A stretch of 64,000 nt of DNA from an uncultured Bacilli bacterium (GTDB lineage: Bacteria; Bacillota_I; Bacilli_A; RFN20; CAG-826). Location: positions 47-64,046 of the forward strand of contig CALVYH010000006.1 of assembly GCA_944372115.1 (NCBI GenBank). The letters run 5' to 3'. The notes below the pieces were generated by a model. That model searched no databases and had not been told where the DNA came from. It was given only the letters and a program-made list of their open reading frames with translations. The position numbers were made by a program, and so were the translations under genes. This document shows positions 51,869 to 61,375 of this stretch, one piece after another (positions within the stretch are counted from its first letter, which is position 1; each line of letters opens with the position of its first letter).

Positions 51869-54658
51869 ATGTTAAAAATAGAAGGTTTAACAAAAAAATA
51901 TAATAATGAAATAGTATTTGAGGATTTAAATTATTCGTTTAAAGATAATGGATTTTATTCAATTGTTGGTGAATCAGGAAGTGGAAAATCAACTTTATTA
52001 AATTTACTTTCTTTAATCGAAAAGGAAACAAATGGTAATATTTTTTATTTTAATAAGTCATTAAATAAAATGAATGAGAAAGAAAGAAGATTATTTAGAA
52101 TAAATAATATAGGGTTTGTTTTCCAATCGTTTAATCTATTTGAAGAAGATAATGTTTATAACAATATTAATTTAGCTTTTAATGGATTAAATGTTTCAAG
52201 ACATAAAAAAGAAAGAAAAATTGATGATTTGTTATATAAATTTGATGTAAGTCATTTAAAATATTCTCTTGTTAAAGATTTGAGCGGCGGAGAAAAACAA
52301 AGAGTTGCAATTGTTAGAGCTTTAATAAATAATCCATCAATTATTTTAGCAGATGAACCAAGTGGTTCTTTAGATAGTGAAAATAGTAAAAAAATATTTT
52401 CATATTTAAGAAATCTATCCTTAGATCATTTGGTTATAGTGGTTACTCATAATAAAGAACTAGCTTATAAATATAGCGATTATATATTAAAACTAGAAAA
52501 AGACGGATTAAAAGAAGAGAAAATTGATAATGAAATAGGTAAAGAAAGAATTTTATTAAGTAAAGAAAAAAAGAAAATGTCCTTAAAAAAGATAAATTTT
52601 AGTTTTATTGTTAATCATTTTAAAATGTTATTTAAATCTAAAAAAGTTAGAACAACAGCAATAATTTCTTTCTTATCTTTTTCACTTTTAGTTAGTGGTT
52701 TAACTTTTTATTTAAAAGATGGACTAACTAATATGATTGTATCTTCTTTTGAAGGAATGCGTGGAGAAAATGCCTTGTTATTAAAAAGAAAAGAAGATGA
52801 TGCCGGAATTTTATCTTATTATTCAGCTTCATTTGATGATGTTGTTGAGATTATGGTTAATAATCCTGATCAAGTTGATTATGTTGGGTGTTCATATTTA
52901 AACAATTTAGAGGAATTTTTTATCGAAGAAAACGATGTTTATTTTTTAAATTATTATAACGAGCCAATCAAAATTTCTGATTATAGTGCAACATCGTTTA
53001 ATGAATTTCAATATGTTTCAACGTTTAACTCAATTGGAGAAATATATCCAAGAATTAATAATAAAATTAAACAAGATGAAATTGTTATCTCTTTAAGCAA
53101 CGAAAAAATGGTTGAACTTTGTAAAAAATTAAAAATAAAAGAGACATATAATGCTTTAGGAGAATATATCGAAAATAAAAAACCTTCAATTCTTTTAAAA
53201 GTAAGAAATAATTATTGGACTTATGATGATGAACAAATTTTTTCTTTAAGAGGAGTAATCCCTGGAAGAAAAAATATCGTTTATTCAAATGATTATTTAT
53301 TTAATGAATATGTTTTTGAAAATTTAATGATGTTTCCTTCTTCAAATGAAATGAAAAAAGAAGAAGAGTATCCATGGATTTTAAAGAAAGTTTATTATAT
53401 TCATTCTTTAAACTTTCCGTCAACTTTATTAAATAAATTAACAAAAGAAGTTGAGTATAGAAATTATATTTTTGATGGTGATAAAAAAATTTATCATCCT
53501 TCATTAGAAGAAAATGAATATTCAAATAGAATATATTGCTACCAATCTTTAAAAAATAGTATAGACTTATCTTTTGTCGATACTTTTGCTAACGAATATG
53601 ATTTTAGTGAATATTATTATTCAACTGATGGTGGTTATGTAAATTTTGGTTCAATATTAAATGGTTTTTATAGGCCAACATTCTTTTCATTAAGTTTAAA
53701 TAAGATAAACGAAATAATTGATCTCTCAAATAAGATTAGTTATGAAGAATATTATTCACTTGGAGATATTGATGGAGTTGCTGAAGGGAATTATTTAAAA
53801 CAAGAAAATAACACAGTTCGTTTTAATCCGAAAATGAATAAAAAAATAAAAGGAAATTATCCTTTAAGCGATTTTGAAATTGCAATTTCTAAAGGAATGG
53901 CCAAAATTTTAAATAATGAAAATGTTTTAGGTAAAACTTTATATGTTTCAACAATTACCTCGATAAAAGAAAACGAAGATAGTTCTTTAATTCCTGAATT
54001 TAAAACAATCGAATTAAGAATAAGTGGAGTTGTTGAGGATAATAAAGTTGAAATTTATCATAAAAACGATTTTTCTCTTTCTCTTTTTAGAGATTTATTT
54101 TTAATATCTGCATTTGAATTAAACGTAAATAGCGTAACTTTTTTATTAGATGAAGAATTAAATGATAAAGAGATAGAAATATTGAATTCAAAATTAAATG
54201 ATTATGAAATTATTGCTCCTTTAAAGGAAATTAATAATTCTTTAAATGAAACGATGGATTATGTCTTTTTATTTTTACTTATTTTTAGTGCAATAGCGTT
54301 ATTATCTTCTATAATTCTTTTTTCAATTATTAATTACATTACTTTTTTAGAATCCAAAAAAGATATTGCAATTTTAATTATGATAGGTTTTTCAAATTTT
54401 GAAATAGTTAAATATTTTTTAATGAATAACTTATTTAATGGAATTATCTCTTTTTCAATAAGTCTAACAAGTTTAATTTCGATATCGTTTTTAATGAAAA
54501 TATTATCGACACAAATTTTTGGAATAGCGACAGATTTTTATTTTTCTTTAGTTTCAATTTTTGTCATGATTGTATTTCTTCTTTTAATTTGCTTAATTTC
54601 CTTAATAATTATTGCAAAACCATTAAGAAAACTAGATTTAAAGAAGGAATTACATTAA
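51869..54658 (+). CDS. fused ABC ATP-binding domain + large extracytoplasmic domain + FtsX-like permease
   Basis: Start at MLKIEGL (AAGGAGGAATGATATG). Walker A GESGSGKST, signature LSGGEKQRVAIVRAL. One TM helix, a ~550-aa extracytoplasmic region, then C-terminal FtsX-like TM helices. Confidence 0.75.
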   Translation: MLKIEGLTKKYNNEIVFEDLNYSFKDNGFYSIVGESGSGKSTLLNLLSLIEKETNGNIFYFNKSLNKMNEKERRLFRINNIGFVFQSFNLFEEDNVYNNINLAFNGLNVSRHKKERKIDDLLYKFDVSHLKYSLVKDLSGGEKQRVAIVRALINNPSIILADEPSGSLDSENSKKIFSYLRNLSLDHLVIVVTHNKELAYKYSDYILKLEKDGLKEEKIDNEIGKERILLSKEKKKMSLKKINFSFIVNHFKMLFKSKKVRTTAIISFLSFSLLVSGLTFYLKDGLTNMIVSSFEGMRGENALLLKRKEDDAGILSYYSASFDDVVEIMVNNPDQVDYVGCSYLNNLEEFFIEENDVYFLNYYNEPIKISDYSATSFNEFQYVSTFNSIGEIYPRINNKIKQDEIVISLSNEKMVELCKKLKIKETYNALGEYIENKKPSILLKVRNNYWTYDDEQIFSLRGVIPGRKNIVYSNDYLFNEYVFENLMMFPSSNEMKKEEEYPWILKKVYYIHSLNFPSTLLNKLTKEVEYRNYIFDGDKKIYHPSLEENEYSNRIYCYQSLKNSIDLSFVDTFANEYDFSEYYYSTDGGYVNFGSILNGFYRPTFFSLSLNKINEIIDLSNKISYEEYYSLGDIDGVAEGNYLKQENNTVRFNPKMNKKIKGNYPLSDFEIAISKGMAKILNNENVLGKTLYVSTITSIKENEDSSLIPEFKTIELRISGVVEDNKVEIYHKNDFSLSLFRDLFLISAFELNVNSVTFLLDEELNDKEIEILNSKLNDYEIIAPLKEINNSLNETMDYVFLFLLIFSAIALLSSIILFSIINYITFLESKKDIAILIMIGFSNFEIVKYFLMNNLFNGIISFSISLTSLISISFLMKILSTQIFGIATDFYFSLVSIFVMIVFLLLICLISLIIIAKPLRKLDLKKELH

Positions 54659-54670
54659 TAAAGAAATGAT

Positions 54671-54698
54671 TTACAAACACTTATATCTTATATATAAT
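54671..54698 (+). promoter_or_regulatory. putative promoter of the cold-shock gene
   Basis: TTACAA, then 16 nt, then TATAAT. A small hairpin, TATGGT-gtat-ACCATA, lies in the 5' UTR. Confidence 0.4.
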
Positions 54699-54746
54699 AA
54701 TCGACATTATGGTGTATACCATAGAAAGGTGACGTTTAGTTAGTTT

Positions 54747-54956
54747 ATGGAAAAGATAAACGGCAAAGTAAAAAGTTTTAACAAAATTAAAGGATACGGC
54801 TTTATTAATGGAGACGATGGAAATGAATATTTCTTTCACTTTTCTTCATTAAATATTGAAGGGTTTAAAACTGTAAATGTTAATGATAAAGTAAGTTTTC
54901 AACCTCAAGTAGGTGATAAAGGCAAAAGAGCTATTAATATTGATGTTATCAAATAA
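54747..54956 (+). CDS. cold-shock domain protein (CspA family)
   Basis: GKVKSFNKIKGYGFI...FFHFS matches the RNP1/RNP2 motifs of the CSD. 69 aa. Confidence 0.8.
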   Translation: MEKINGKVKSFNKIKGYGFINGDDGNEYFFHFSSLNIEGFKTVNVNDKVSFQPQVGDKGKRAINIDVIK

Positions 54957-54973
54957 TTAAAAAACTTTTAAAA

Positions 54974-55000
54974 AAAGGCACAAAATGTGTGTCTTTTTTA
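54974..55000 (+). terminator. rho-independent terminator after csp
   Basis: AGGCACA-aaatg-TGTGTCT (one G-U pair) followed by TTTTTT. Confidence 0.55.
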
Positions 55001-55058
55001 AATGTTTTTTACTTCAAAAATGATATAATAACATCGTTTTTGAAGGGAAGTATAAATT

Positions 55059-56162
55059 ATGGGATTAAAAGCAGGAATTGTTGGTTTACCAAATGTAGGA
55101 AAATCTACACTTTTTAACGCAATTACAAATTCTAAAGTCGAAGCTGCTAACTATCCTTTTGCTACTATAAAACCAAATGTTGGAATTGTTTCTGTTCCAG
55201 ATAAAAGAGTTGATGAATTAGTTAAAATTTTCCATCCAAAAAGAACTATTTATACAACATTTGAATTTTTTGATATTGCAGGTTTAGTTAAAGGCGCATC
55301 TAAAGGTGAAGGTTTAGGTAACCAATTTTTAGCAAATATTAGAGAATGTGATGCTATTATTGAAGTTGTTAGATGTTTTGAAAATAATGAAATCATTCAC
55401 GTTGAAAATAGTGTTGATCCTGTAAGGGATATAGAAATCATTAATTTAGAACTTATATTAGCTGATTTAGAAACATGTTCTAATAGATTAGGAAAAATTG
55501 AAAATAAAGCAAGAATTTCTAAAGATAAAGAAGCTTTATTAGAAGTTAGTGTTTTAAGTAAAATTAAAGAAACTTTGAGTAATGAAAAACCAATAAGAAG
55601 TTTATCTTTTAATGAAGATGAAAAGAAAATTCTTAAGAATTTTGGTTTTTTAACTGCAAAACCTATTATTTATGTAGCTAATGTCAGTGATGATGTTTTA
55701 AGCGATGTTGAAGACGACAAGTATTATAAAGCTGTAAAAGAATACGCTAGTAAAGAAAATGCCCAAGTTTTAGCCATTTCTTGTGAAATTGAGGCTGAAC
55801 TTTCAACATATTCAAAAGAAGAAAAAGAAGAATTCTTAAAAACAATCGGAGCTACATCTTCAGGATTAGAAAAATTAATTACTGCGACATATAAATTATT
55901 AGATTTATCAACATTCTTTACTGTTGGAGAAGATGAAGTTAGGGCATGGACATTTAAAAATGGTATGCTTGCTCCAGATTGTGCAGGAATTATTCATACT
56001 GATTTTAAAAAAGGATTTATTAAAGCTGAAACATATACATTTGATGACATTATTAAATATGGTAGTGAACAAGCTTTAAAAGATGCTGGCAAAATTAGAA
56101 TTGAAGGAAAAGATTATGTTGCTAAAGATGGCGATATTTTCTTTTTCAAATTTAATGTTTAA
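55059..56162 (+). CDS. ychF: ribosome-binding ATPase YchF
   Basis: G1 motif GIVGLPNVGKSTLFNA. C-terminal TGS domain. 367 aa. Confidence 0.9.
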   Translation: MGLKAGIVGLPNVGKSTLFNAITNSKVEAANYPFATIKPNVGIVSVPDKRVDELVKIFHPKRTIYTTFEFFDIAGLVKGASKGEGLGNQFLANIRECDAIIEVVRCFENNEIIHVENSVDPVRDIEIINLELILADLETCSNRLGKIENKARISKDKEALLEVSVLSKIKETLSNEKPIRSLSFNEDEKKILKNFGFLTAKPIIYVANVSDDVLSDVEDDKYYKAVKEYASKENAQVLAISCEIEAELSTYSKEEKEEFLKTIGATSSGLEKLITATYKLLDLSTFFTVGEDEVRAWTFKNGMLAPDCAGIIHTDFKKGFIKAETYTFDDIIKYGSEQALKDAGKIRIEGKDYVAKDGDIFFFKFNV

Positions 56163-56174
56163 TATTTAAAAAAT

Positions 56175-56654
56175 ATGAAATTTAGAGTCGGATTAGGAAA
56201 AGATATTCATAAATTGAAAAGAGGATATAAACTTATTTTAGGAGGAATTGAAATTCCTTATAAAAAAGGTCTAGTTTCTTATAGCGATGGAGATTGTTTA
56301 ATTCATTCTCTTATTGATGCTATTTTTGGAGCAATTTCTTATAAGGATATTGGAAGAATCTTTCCTAATAATGATCCAAAATATGAAAATGATTCTTCTA
56401 TTGAACTTTTAAAAGAAACTAAAAAAATATTAGATAAAACAATTTATAAAATTACTAATATAGATGTCTTTATATCATGCGAAAAACCTAAATTAGCGAA
56501 TTTTATCGATAAAATGCGAGAAAATCTTTCTGAAATATTGTCTTTAGATATCGAACAAATTTCTATAAAAGCTGGAACTAATGAAGGCTTAGGATATATT
56601 GGAAAAGGGAAAGGCATTGAATGCACAAGTGTTGTTTTGTTGGAGGAAAAATAA
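56175..56654 (+). CDS. ispF: 2-C-methyl-D-erythritol 2,4-cyclodiphosphate synthase
   Basis: FRVGLGKDIH...GG...SDGDCLIHSLIDAIFGA matches the IspF metal and substrate-binding blocks. 159 aa. Confidence 0.8.
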   Translation: MKFRVGLGKDIHKLKRGYKLILGGIEIPYKKGLVSYSDGDCLIHSLIDAIFGAISYKDIGRIFPNNDPKYENDSSIELLKETKKILDKTIYKITNIDVFISCEKPKLANFIDKMRENLSEILSLDIEQISIKAGTNEGLGYIGKGKGIECTSVVLLEEK

Positions 56655-56655
56655 T

Positions 56656-58095
56656 ATGGAAGAAAAGAAAGTAAGAGTTAGATATGCCCCTTCACCAACT
56701 GGATATTTACATATTGGTGGAGCAAGAAGTGCACTTTTTAACTATTTATATGCAAAAAAATATAATGGCGATTTTGTTTTTAGAATTGAAGATACTGATA
56801 TTGAAAGAAATATTCCTGGCGCTGAAGAATCTCAACTCCATGATTTAATTTGGCTAGGAATTATTCCAGATGAATCTACTGAAAAACCAAACCCAAAATA
56901 TGGCCCTTATAGACAAATGGAAAAACTCGATATTTATCGTAAATATGCTCAAGAGTTAGTCGATAAAGGCTATGCATATGAATGCTATTGTACAAAAGAA
57001 GAACTTGAAGAGATGAAAGAAGAGCAACTTAGAAATGGCGTTAAATCTTTCAAATATGATCGTAGATGTCTTTCTTTAACTGAAGAAGAAAAAGAAAAAT
57101 ATAGAAAACAAGGTAGAGTCCCTTCCATTAGATTAAAAATGCCAAGTGATCATACTTTAAAATTCCATGATTTAGTTAGAGGCGATGTTTCATTTAATAG
57201 TGATGATATTGGTGATTTCGTCATTATGAAATCAAATGGAATTCCTACTTATAACTTTGCGGTTGTTATCGATGATCATTTAATGAAAATTACTCATGTT
57301 TTAAGAGGTGAAGAACATCTTTCAAACACTCCAAAACAATTACAAATTTATGAATATTTTGGATGGGAACCTCCTAAATTTGGACATATGACAATCATTG
57401 TCAATCCAAATGGTAAGAAATTATCAAAAAGAGATTTAAATATTTTGCAATTTATGTCTCAATATCGTGATTTAGGTTATGTTCCTGAAGCAATCTTTAA
57501 TTTCCTTTTCCTTTTAGGATACACAGATCCAAATGGACAAGAAATTTTTACAAAAGAAGAAGCTATAAAAACATTTGACCCAAAAAGATTATCTACTTCT
57601 CCAGCAATGTTTGACCAAAAGAAATTATTATGGGTTAACTCAACTTATATTAAAAAAATGGATAATGAAACATATTTTAATTTCATCGAACCATTCCTTG
57701 ATAAAGTTGATTTCTTAAAAACAGTTTCTATTGATAGAAAAAAAGAAATTTCATTAATGTTTAAAAACGAAATAAATTATGGAGCTCAAATCATTGATTT
57801 ATTAAATGATATTATTGTTAAAAAAGATCAATTAGATGATGCTGAAAAAGAAGTTTTATCGAAAGAAAGCGCTCCAAAAGTTTGTGCTTTATTTAAAGAA
57901 AAACTTGAAAAATTGGGCAAAACAAATGAAGAAAATGTCAAAAATATCTTTAATGAGATTAAAAATGAAACTGGATTAAAAGGAAAAGATATTTATATGC
58001 CTATTAGAATTAAACTTACTGGTGTAATGCATGGCATTGAAATGTATAACATTATTGATATTTTAGGAAAAGAAGAAACACTTAAAAGATTATAG
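56656..58095 (+). CDS. gltX: glutamate--tRNA ligase
   Basis: Start at MEEKKVRVRYAPSPTGYLHIGGAR (HIGH motif). KLSKR (KMSKS) is present. GGAGGAAAAATAATATG RBS. Confidence 0.9.
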   Translation: MEEKKVRVRYAPSPTGYLHIGGARSALFNYLYAKKYNGDFVFRIEDTDIERNIPGAEESQLHDLIWLGIIPDESTEKPNPKYGPYRQMEKLDIYRKYAQELVDKGYAYECYCTKEELEEMKEEQLRNGVKSFKYDRRCLSLTEEEKEKYRKQGRVPSIRLKMPSDHTLKFHDLVRGDVSFNSDDIGDFVIMKSNGIPTYNFAVVIDDHLMKITHVLRGEEHLSNTPKQLQIYEYFGWEPPKFGHMTIIVNPNGKKLSKRDLNILQFMSQYRDLGYVPEAIFNFLFLLGYTDPNGQEIFTKEEAIKTFDPKRLSTSPAMFDQKKLLWVNSTYIKKMDNETYFNFIEPFLDKVDFLKTVSIDRKKEISLMFKNEINYGAQIIDLLNDIIVKKDQLDDAEKEVLSKESAPKVCALFKEKLEKLGKTNEENVKNIFNEIKNETGLKGKDIYMPIRIKLTGVMHGIEMYNIIDILGKEETLKRL

Positions 58096-58150
58096 AATAG
58101 AGATATCTTTTAAAGTATAATATTTAGATGAATTAACGAGGTAAAAAACG

Positions 58151-58570
58151 ATGGATAAAGATTACAAAAACGAATCATTAGTTGATGTCGCTTATGATAT
58201 CTTAAAAGAACACGAAGGCGAAATTACATTTAAAGATTTATTTAATGCTGTCGCTGAAAAAGTTGAAATGACAATGGATAGAAAAGATGCTTCTATTTCT
58301 GGTTTTTTCACTAACCTTTCTTTAGATGGAAGGTTTGTTACTTTAAAAAATAATGAATGGGACTTAAGAGAAAGACATACTTTTGATAAAGTTCATGTTG
58401 ATTTAAATGCAATTTATGAAGATATCGAAGAAAATTCATCATCAGTCGATGAAGATATGATGGATGAAGATGAAAAAAATCTCCATCTTGGCGATGATGA
58501 CGATGAAGATGAAGTAAATTCATCAGATAATGGTTATTATGATGATTCTGATTCATCAGATAGTTATTAA
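58151..58570 (+). CDS. rpoE: DNA-directed RNA polymerase delta subunit
   Basis: N-terminal HARE-HTH-like domain (FKDLFNAV...SISGFFTNLSLDGRFVTL..NEWDLRE), then a D/E-rich C-terminal tail. Confidence 0.75.
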   Translation: MDKDYKNESLVDVAYDILKEHEGEITFKDLFNAVAEKVEMTMDRKDASISGFFTNLSLDGRFVTLKNNEWDLRERHTFDKVHVDLNAIYEDIEENSSSVDEDMMDEDEKNLHLGDDDDEDEVNSSDNGYYDDSDSSDSY

Positions 58571-58602
58571 TAAATAATTAAAATTAAGGAGGAAAATTAT
58601 TT

Positions 58603-59475
58603 ATGTTAGTATCTGCAACCGAAATGATTAATAAAGCACATGCTGGTCATTATGCTATTGGTCAATTTAATATCAATAACATGGAATGGATTAAAGCTAT
58701 TTTAACAGCTGCTGAAGAAATGCAATCACCTGTTATTTTAGGTGTTAGTGAAGGCGCTGGAAAATATATGTGCGGTTTCGAAAACGTCGTTGGAATGGTC
58801 AAACATATTCATGATTATTTAAAAATTACTGTTCCAGTAGCATTACATCTTGACCATGGTACATATGAAGGTGCAAAAGCTTGCTTAGAAGCAGGATTTA
58901 CATCAATTATGTTTGATGGTTCACATTTCCCATTTGAAGAAAACTTAGAAAAGAGTAAAGAATTAATCGCTTTAGCTCATTCAGCTGGCAGATCAATTGA
59001 ATGTGAAGTTGGTGGAATTGGCGGAAGTGAAGATGGTGTTACTTCTTCGGGTGAATTAGCTGATCCAAAAGAATGCGCTACAATCGCTAATTTAGGAGTT
59101 GATTTCCTTGCTGCTGGTATTGGAAATATTCATGGTGTTTATCCATCAAATTGGGCTGGATTAAATTTCGATAGATTAAGCGAAATTCAAGCTGCTACAA
59201 ATGGAAAACCACTTGTTTTACATGGCGGCACAGGTATTCCTGATGATCAAATTAAAAAAGCAATTTCATTAGGTGTTTCAAAAATCAACGTTAACACTGA
59301 ATTACAACTTCAATTTGCTGCTGCAACAAGAAAATATGTTGAAGAAGGCAAAGATTTAGACATTGCTAAAAAAGGATTTGACCCACGTAAATTATTAAAA
59401 CCTGGCTATGAAGCCATGGTTGAAATTACTAAAGCAAAAATTAAAGAATTCGGAAGTGACGGAAAGGCTTTCTAA
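58603..59475 (+). CDS. fba: class II fructose-1,6-bisphosphate aldolase
   Basis: Conserved blocks HLDHG and GGTG. GNIHG is also present. 290 aa. Confidence 0.9.
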   Translation: MLVSATEMINKAHAGHYAIGQFNINNMEWIKAILTAAEEMQSPVILGVSEGAGKYMCGFENVVGMVKHIHDYLKITVPVALHLDHGTYEGAKACLEAGFTSIMFDGSHFPFEENLEKSKELIALAHSAGRSIECEVGGIGGSEDGVTSSGELADPKECATIANLGVDFLAAGIGNIHGVYPSNWAGLNFDRLSEIQAATNGKPLVLHGGTGIPDDQIKKAISLGVSKINVNTELQLQFAAATRKYVEEGKDLDIAKKGFDPRKLLKPGYEAMVEITKAKIKEFGSDGKAF

Positions 59476-59478
59476 TTA

Positions 59479-60261
59479 ATGTATATTCATGAATTATCTA
59501 GAATGATCGAAGTTGCAAAAAAAGCAAGTAAGGTCATTTTAGATATCTATCATAATGGTTTCCATGTTGAAACTAAAGATGATGATTCTCCAGTTACTGA
59601 AGCTGATAAGAAGGCTGATGAATTAATTAGAGAATATTTAGGAAAATATTTCCCAACATATTCATTTTTAACTGAAGAGCACGCTGATAATTTATCTAGA
59701 TTAGATAATGATTTAGTCTTCATTGTTGATCCGCTTGACGGAACAAAAGATTTTGTTTGTTACGATGATGAATTTACTATTAATATTGCTTTAGCATATA
59801 AACATAAAATCGTTGCTTCTGTAGTTGCTGTTCCTGTTTATGGATTTATCTATTATGCTTTAAAAGGTTGTGGAGCATATAAACTTGATTTAAAAACTAA
59901 CGAAGCAAAAGAGATTTTTGTTAATAATAAAACTATAGATTTAACTGTTTTAAAATCACGCTATCATAGCGTAAAAGAGGAAGAAGAAATCTTTAAAAAA
60001 TATAGCGATAAGATTAAACATGTCGATGTTGCTGGAAGTGCATATAAAGCATGTTTAATTGCTGAAGGAAAAGCTGAACTTTCTTATCGTTTATCTACCG
60101 GAACTAAAGAATGGGATACTGCAGCTTTTGATTTATTAGTTTCTGAAGCTGGTGGATATGTACTTTCTTTAGATAAAACTCCTATGGAATATAATAGGAG
60201 AAATGTTCAAAACGATTATTATATTATCGTTAATAATCTAAAAAACTGGTATTTTGATTAA
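59479..60261 (+). CDS. inositol monophosphatase / CysQ-family phosphatase
   Basis: IMPase motifs FIVDPLDGTKDF and WDTAA. Confidence 0.8.
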   Translation: MYIHELSRMIEVAKKASKVILDIYHNGFHVETKDDDSPVTEADKKADELIREYLGKYFPTYSFLTEEHADNLSRLDNDLVFIVDPLDGTKDFVCYDDEFTINIALAYKHKIVASVVAVPVYGFIYYALKGCGAYKLDLKTNEAKEIFVNNKTIDLTVLKSRYHSVKEEEEIFKKYSDKIKHVDVAGSAYKACLIAEGKAELSYRLSTGTKEWDTAAFDLLVSEAGGYVLSLDKTPMEYNRRNVQNDYYIIVNNLKNWYFD

Positions 60262-60263
60262 TA

Positions 60264-60298
60264 AAAATGGATTCAAGCATTCTTGAATCCATTTTTTA
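60264..60298 (+). terminator. rho-independent terminator
   Basis: AATGGATTCAAG-catt-CTTGAATCCATT followed by TTTT. Confidence 0.7.
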
Positions 60299-60485
60299 AA
60301 TCTTTACTCCTTTAATAAAATGTATGGACAATTTTTTATATTAATAAAATTTAGAAGATTCCATTACACGCTACTATTAAGAAAAACCTCCTATAATTAA
60401 ATGAGATTTGATAAGTAAATAGGAGGATTTTTTCATGAATAAGTATACCTTTTTAATGAATAAGGACTTGATAGAAATTCTTTAA

Positions 60486-60815
60486 TTAATTAGAAGAATC
60501 ATTATTATTGTTACTAGTTTCATTATTAGAGGAAATATTATATCCGCTTTCTTTTAAAGCTTTTTTAATTTCTTCTTTTTGAGAAGCAAGTCGAACAGCA
60601 ACAACGCCTGGAACTTCTTCCATTAATATAACTTCGATTCCGCTTTCTAAAGTATCATTAATTAATGAGCACCCTTCGCATGCTCCAATCATATTGATAT
60701 AAACAATACCATCTTCAAATGAATCGAATTCGCAATCTCCACCATCTCTTTGAATAAATGGACGAATTTTATCTAAAGTTTGCTTAATTTTTAAAATTGT
60801 TTCTTCATTTTCCAT
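60486..60815 (-). CDS. NifU/Nfu-type Fe-S cluster assembly protein
   Basis: RDGGDCEF...IGACEGCS, the Nfu C-terminal-domain CxxC motif. A hairpin terminator (CCTCCTAT...ATAGGAGG) lies downstream on the minus strand near 60388-60440. Confidence 0.75.
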   Translation of the reverse strand: MENEETILKIKQTLDKIRPFIQRDGGDCEFDSFEDGIVYINMIGACEGCSLINDTLESGIEVILMEEVPGVVAVRLASQKEEIKKALKESGYNISSNNETSNNNNDSSN

Positions 60816-60873
60816 AACAAGTAATAATTTTATAGATAATGAAATATAAAATCAATTAAAATACTATATAAAT

Positions 60874-61356
60874 ATGAATGAATTATTATCTTTAATTTTA
60901 CCTTTATTTTTAACTTTATTAATAGAAACACCTATTTATTTTTTCTTTTTAAAAATAAAAAAGTTAAGAGGTTTATTCACTCTTATTTTAATGAATGTTT
61001 TTACTAATTTATTAATGAATATAATATATTTAAAAGTTTTATCTTCTTTAATTTTTATCTATATTTATGAAATAATAATTCCTTTTATTGAAGGTAGTTT
61101 TCTCTTTTTATATTTATATAAATTTGATTATGTTTCTTCATCTTTAAAAATAAAAACTAAACCTTTAATTCTTTATTTTTATGTTTTAATAATTTCTTTA
61201 TTATCAAATGCATCATCTTATTTTATAGGAGAAATATTTAATAAATATATTTATATAAATTATTATAATTTTTATATAGTCTTAATTTATTTACTTATAT
61301 TTATTTTAGAAATATTAATAATGATAATTTATTTAATAAAAAGGCATAAATCTTAG
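60874..61356 (+). CDS. hypothetical membrane protein
   Basis: 160 aa with 4-5 hydrophobic helices. Followed by a bidirectional terminator at 61339-61372 (AAGGCATAAA-tcttagat-TTTATGCCTT). Confidence 0.4.
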   Translation: MNELLSLILPLFLTLLIETPIYFFFLKIKKLRGLFTLILMNVFTNLLMNIIYLKVLSSLIFIYIYEIIIPFIEGSFLFLYLYKFDYVSSSLKIKTKPLILYFYVLIISLLSNASSYFIGEIFNKYIYINYYNFYIVLIYLLIFILEILIMIIYLIKRHKS

Positions 61357-61375
61357 ATTTTATGCCTTTTTATAA

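Noticed and set aside
53085-53525. Two minus-strand ORFs inside the second ABC-FtsX gene
   Set aside because: Antisense shadows in an AT-rich coding region.
56444-56626. Minus-strand 60-aa ORF over the ispF / gltX junction
   Set aside because: Antisense shadow.
58338-58556. Minus-strand His-rich ORF inside rpoE
   Set aside because: Complement of the GAT / GAA acidic-tail codons, so it is an artefact.
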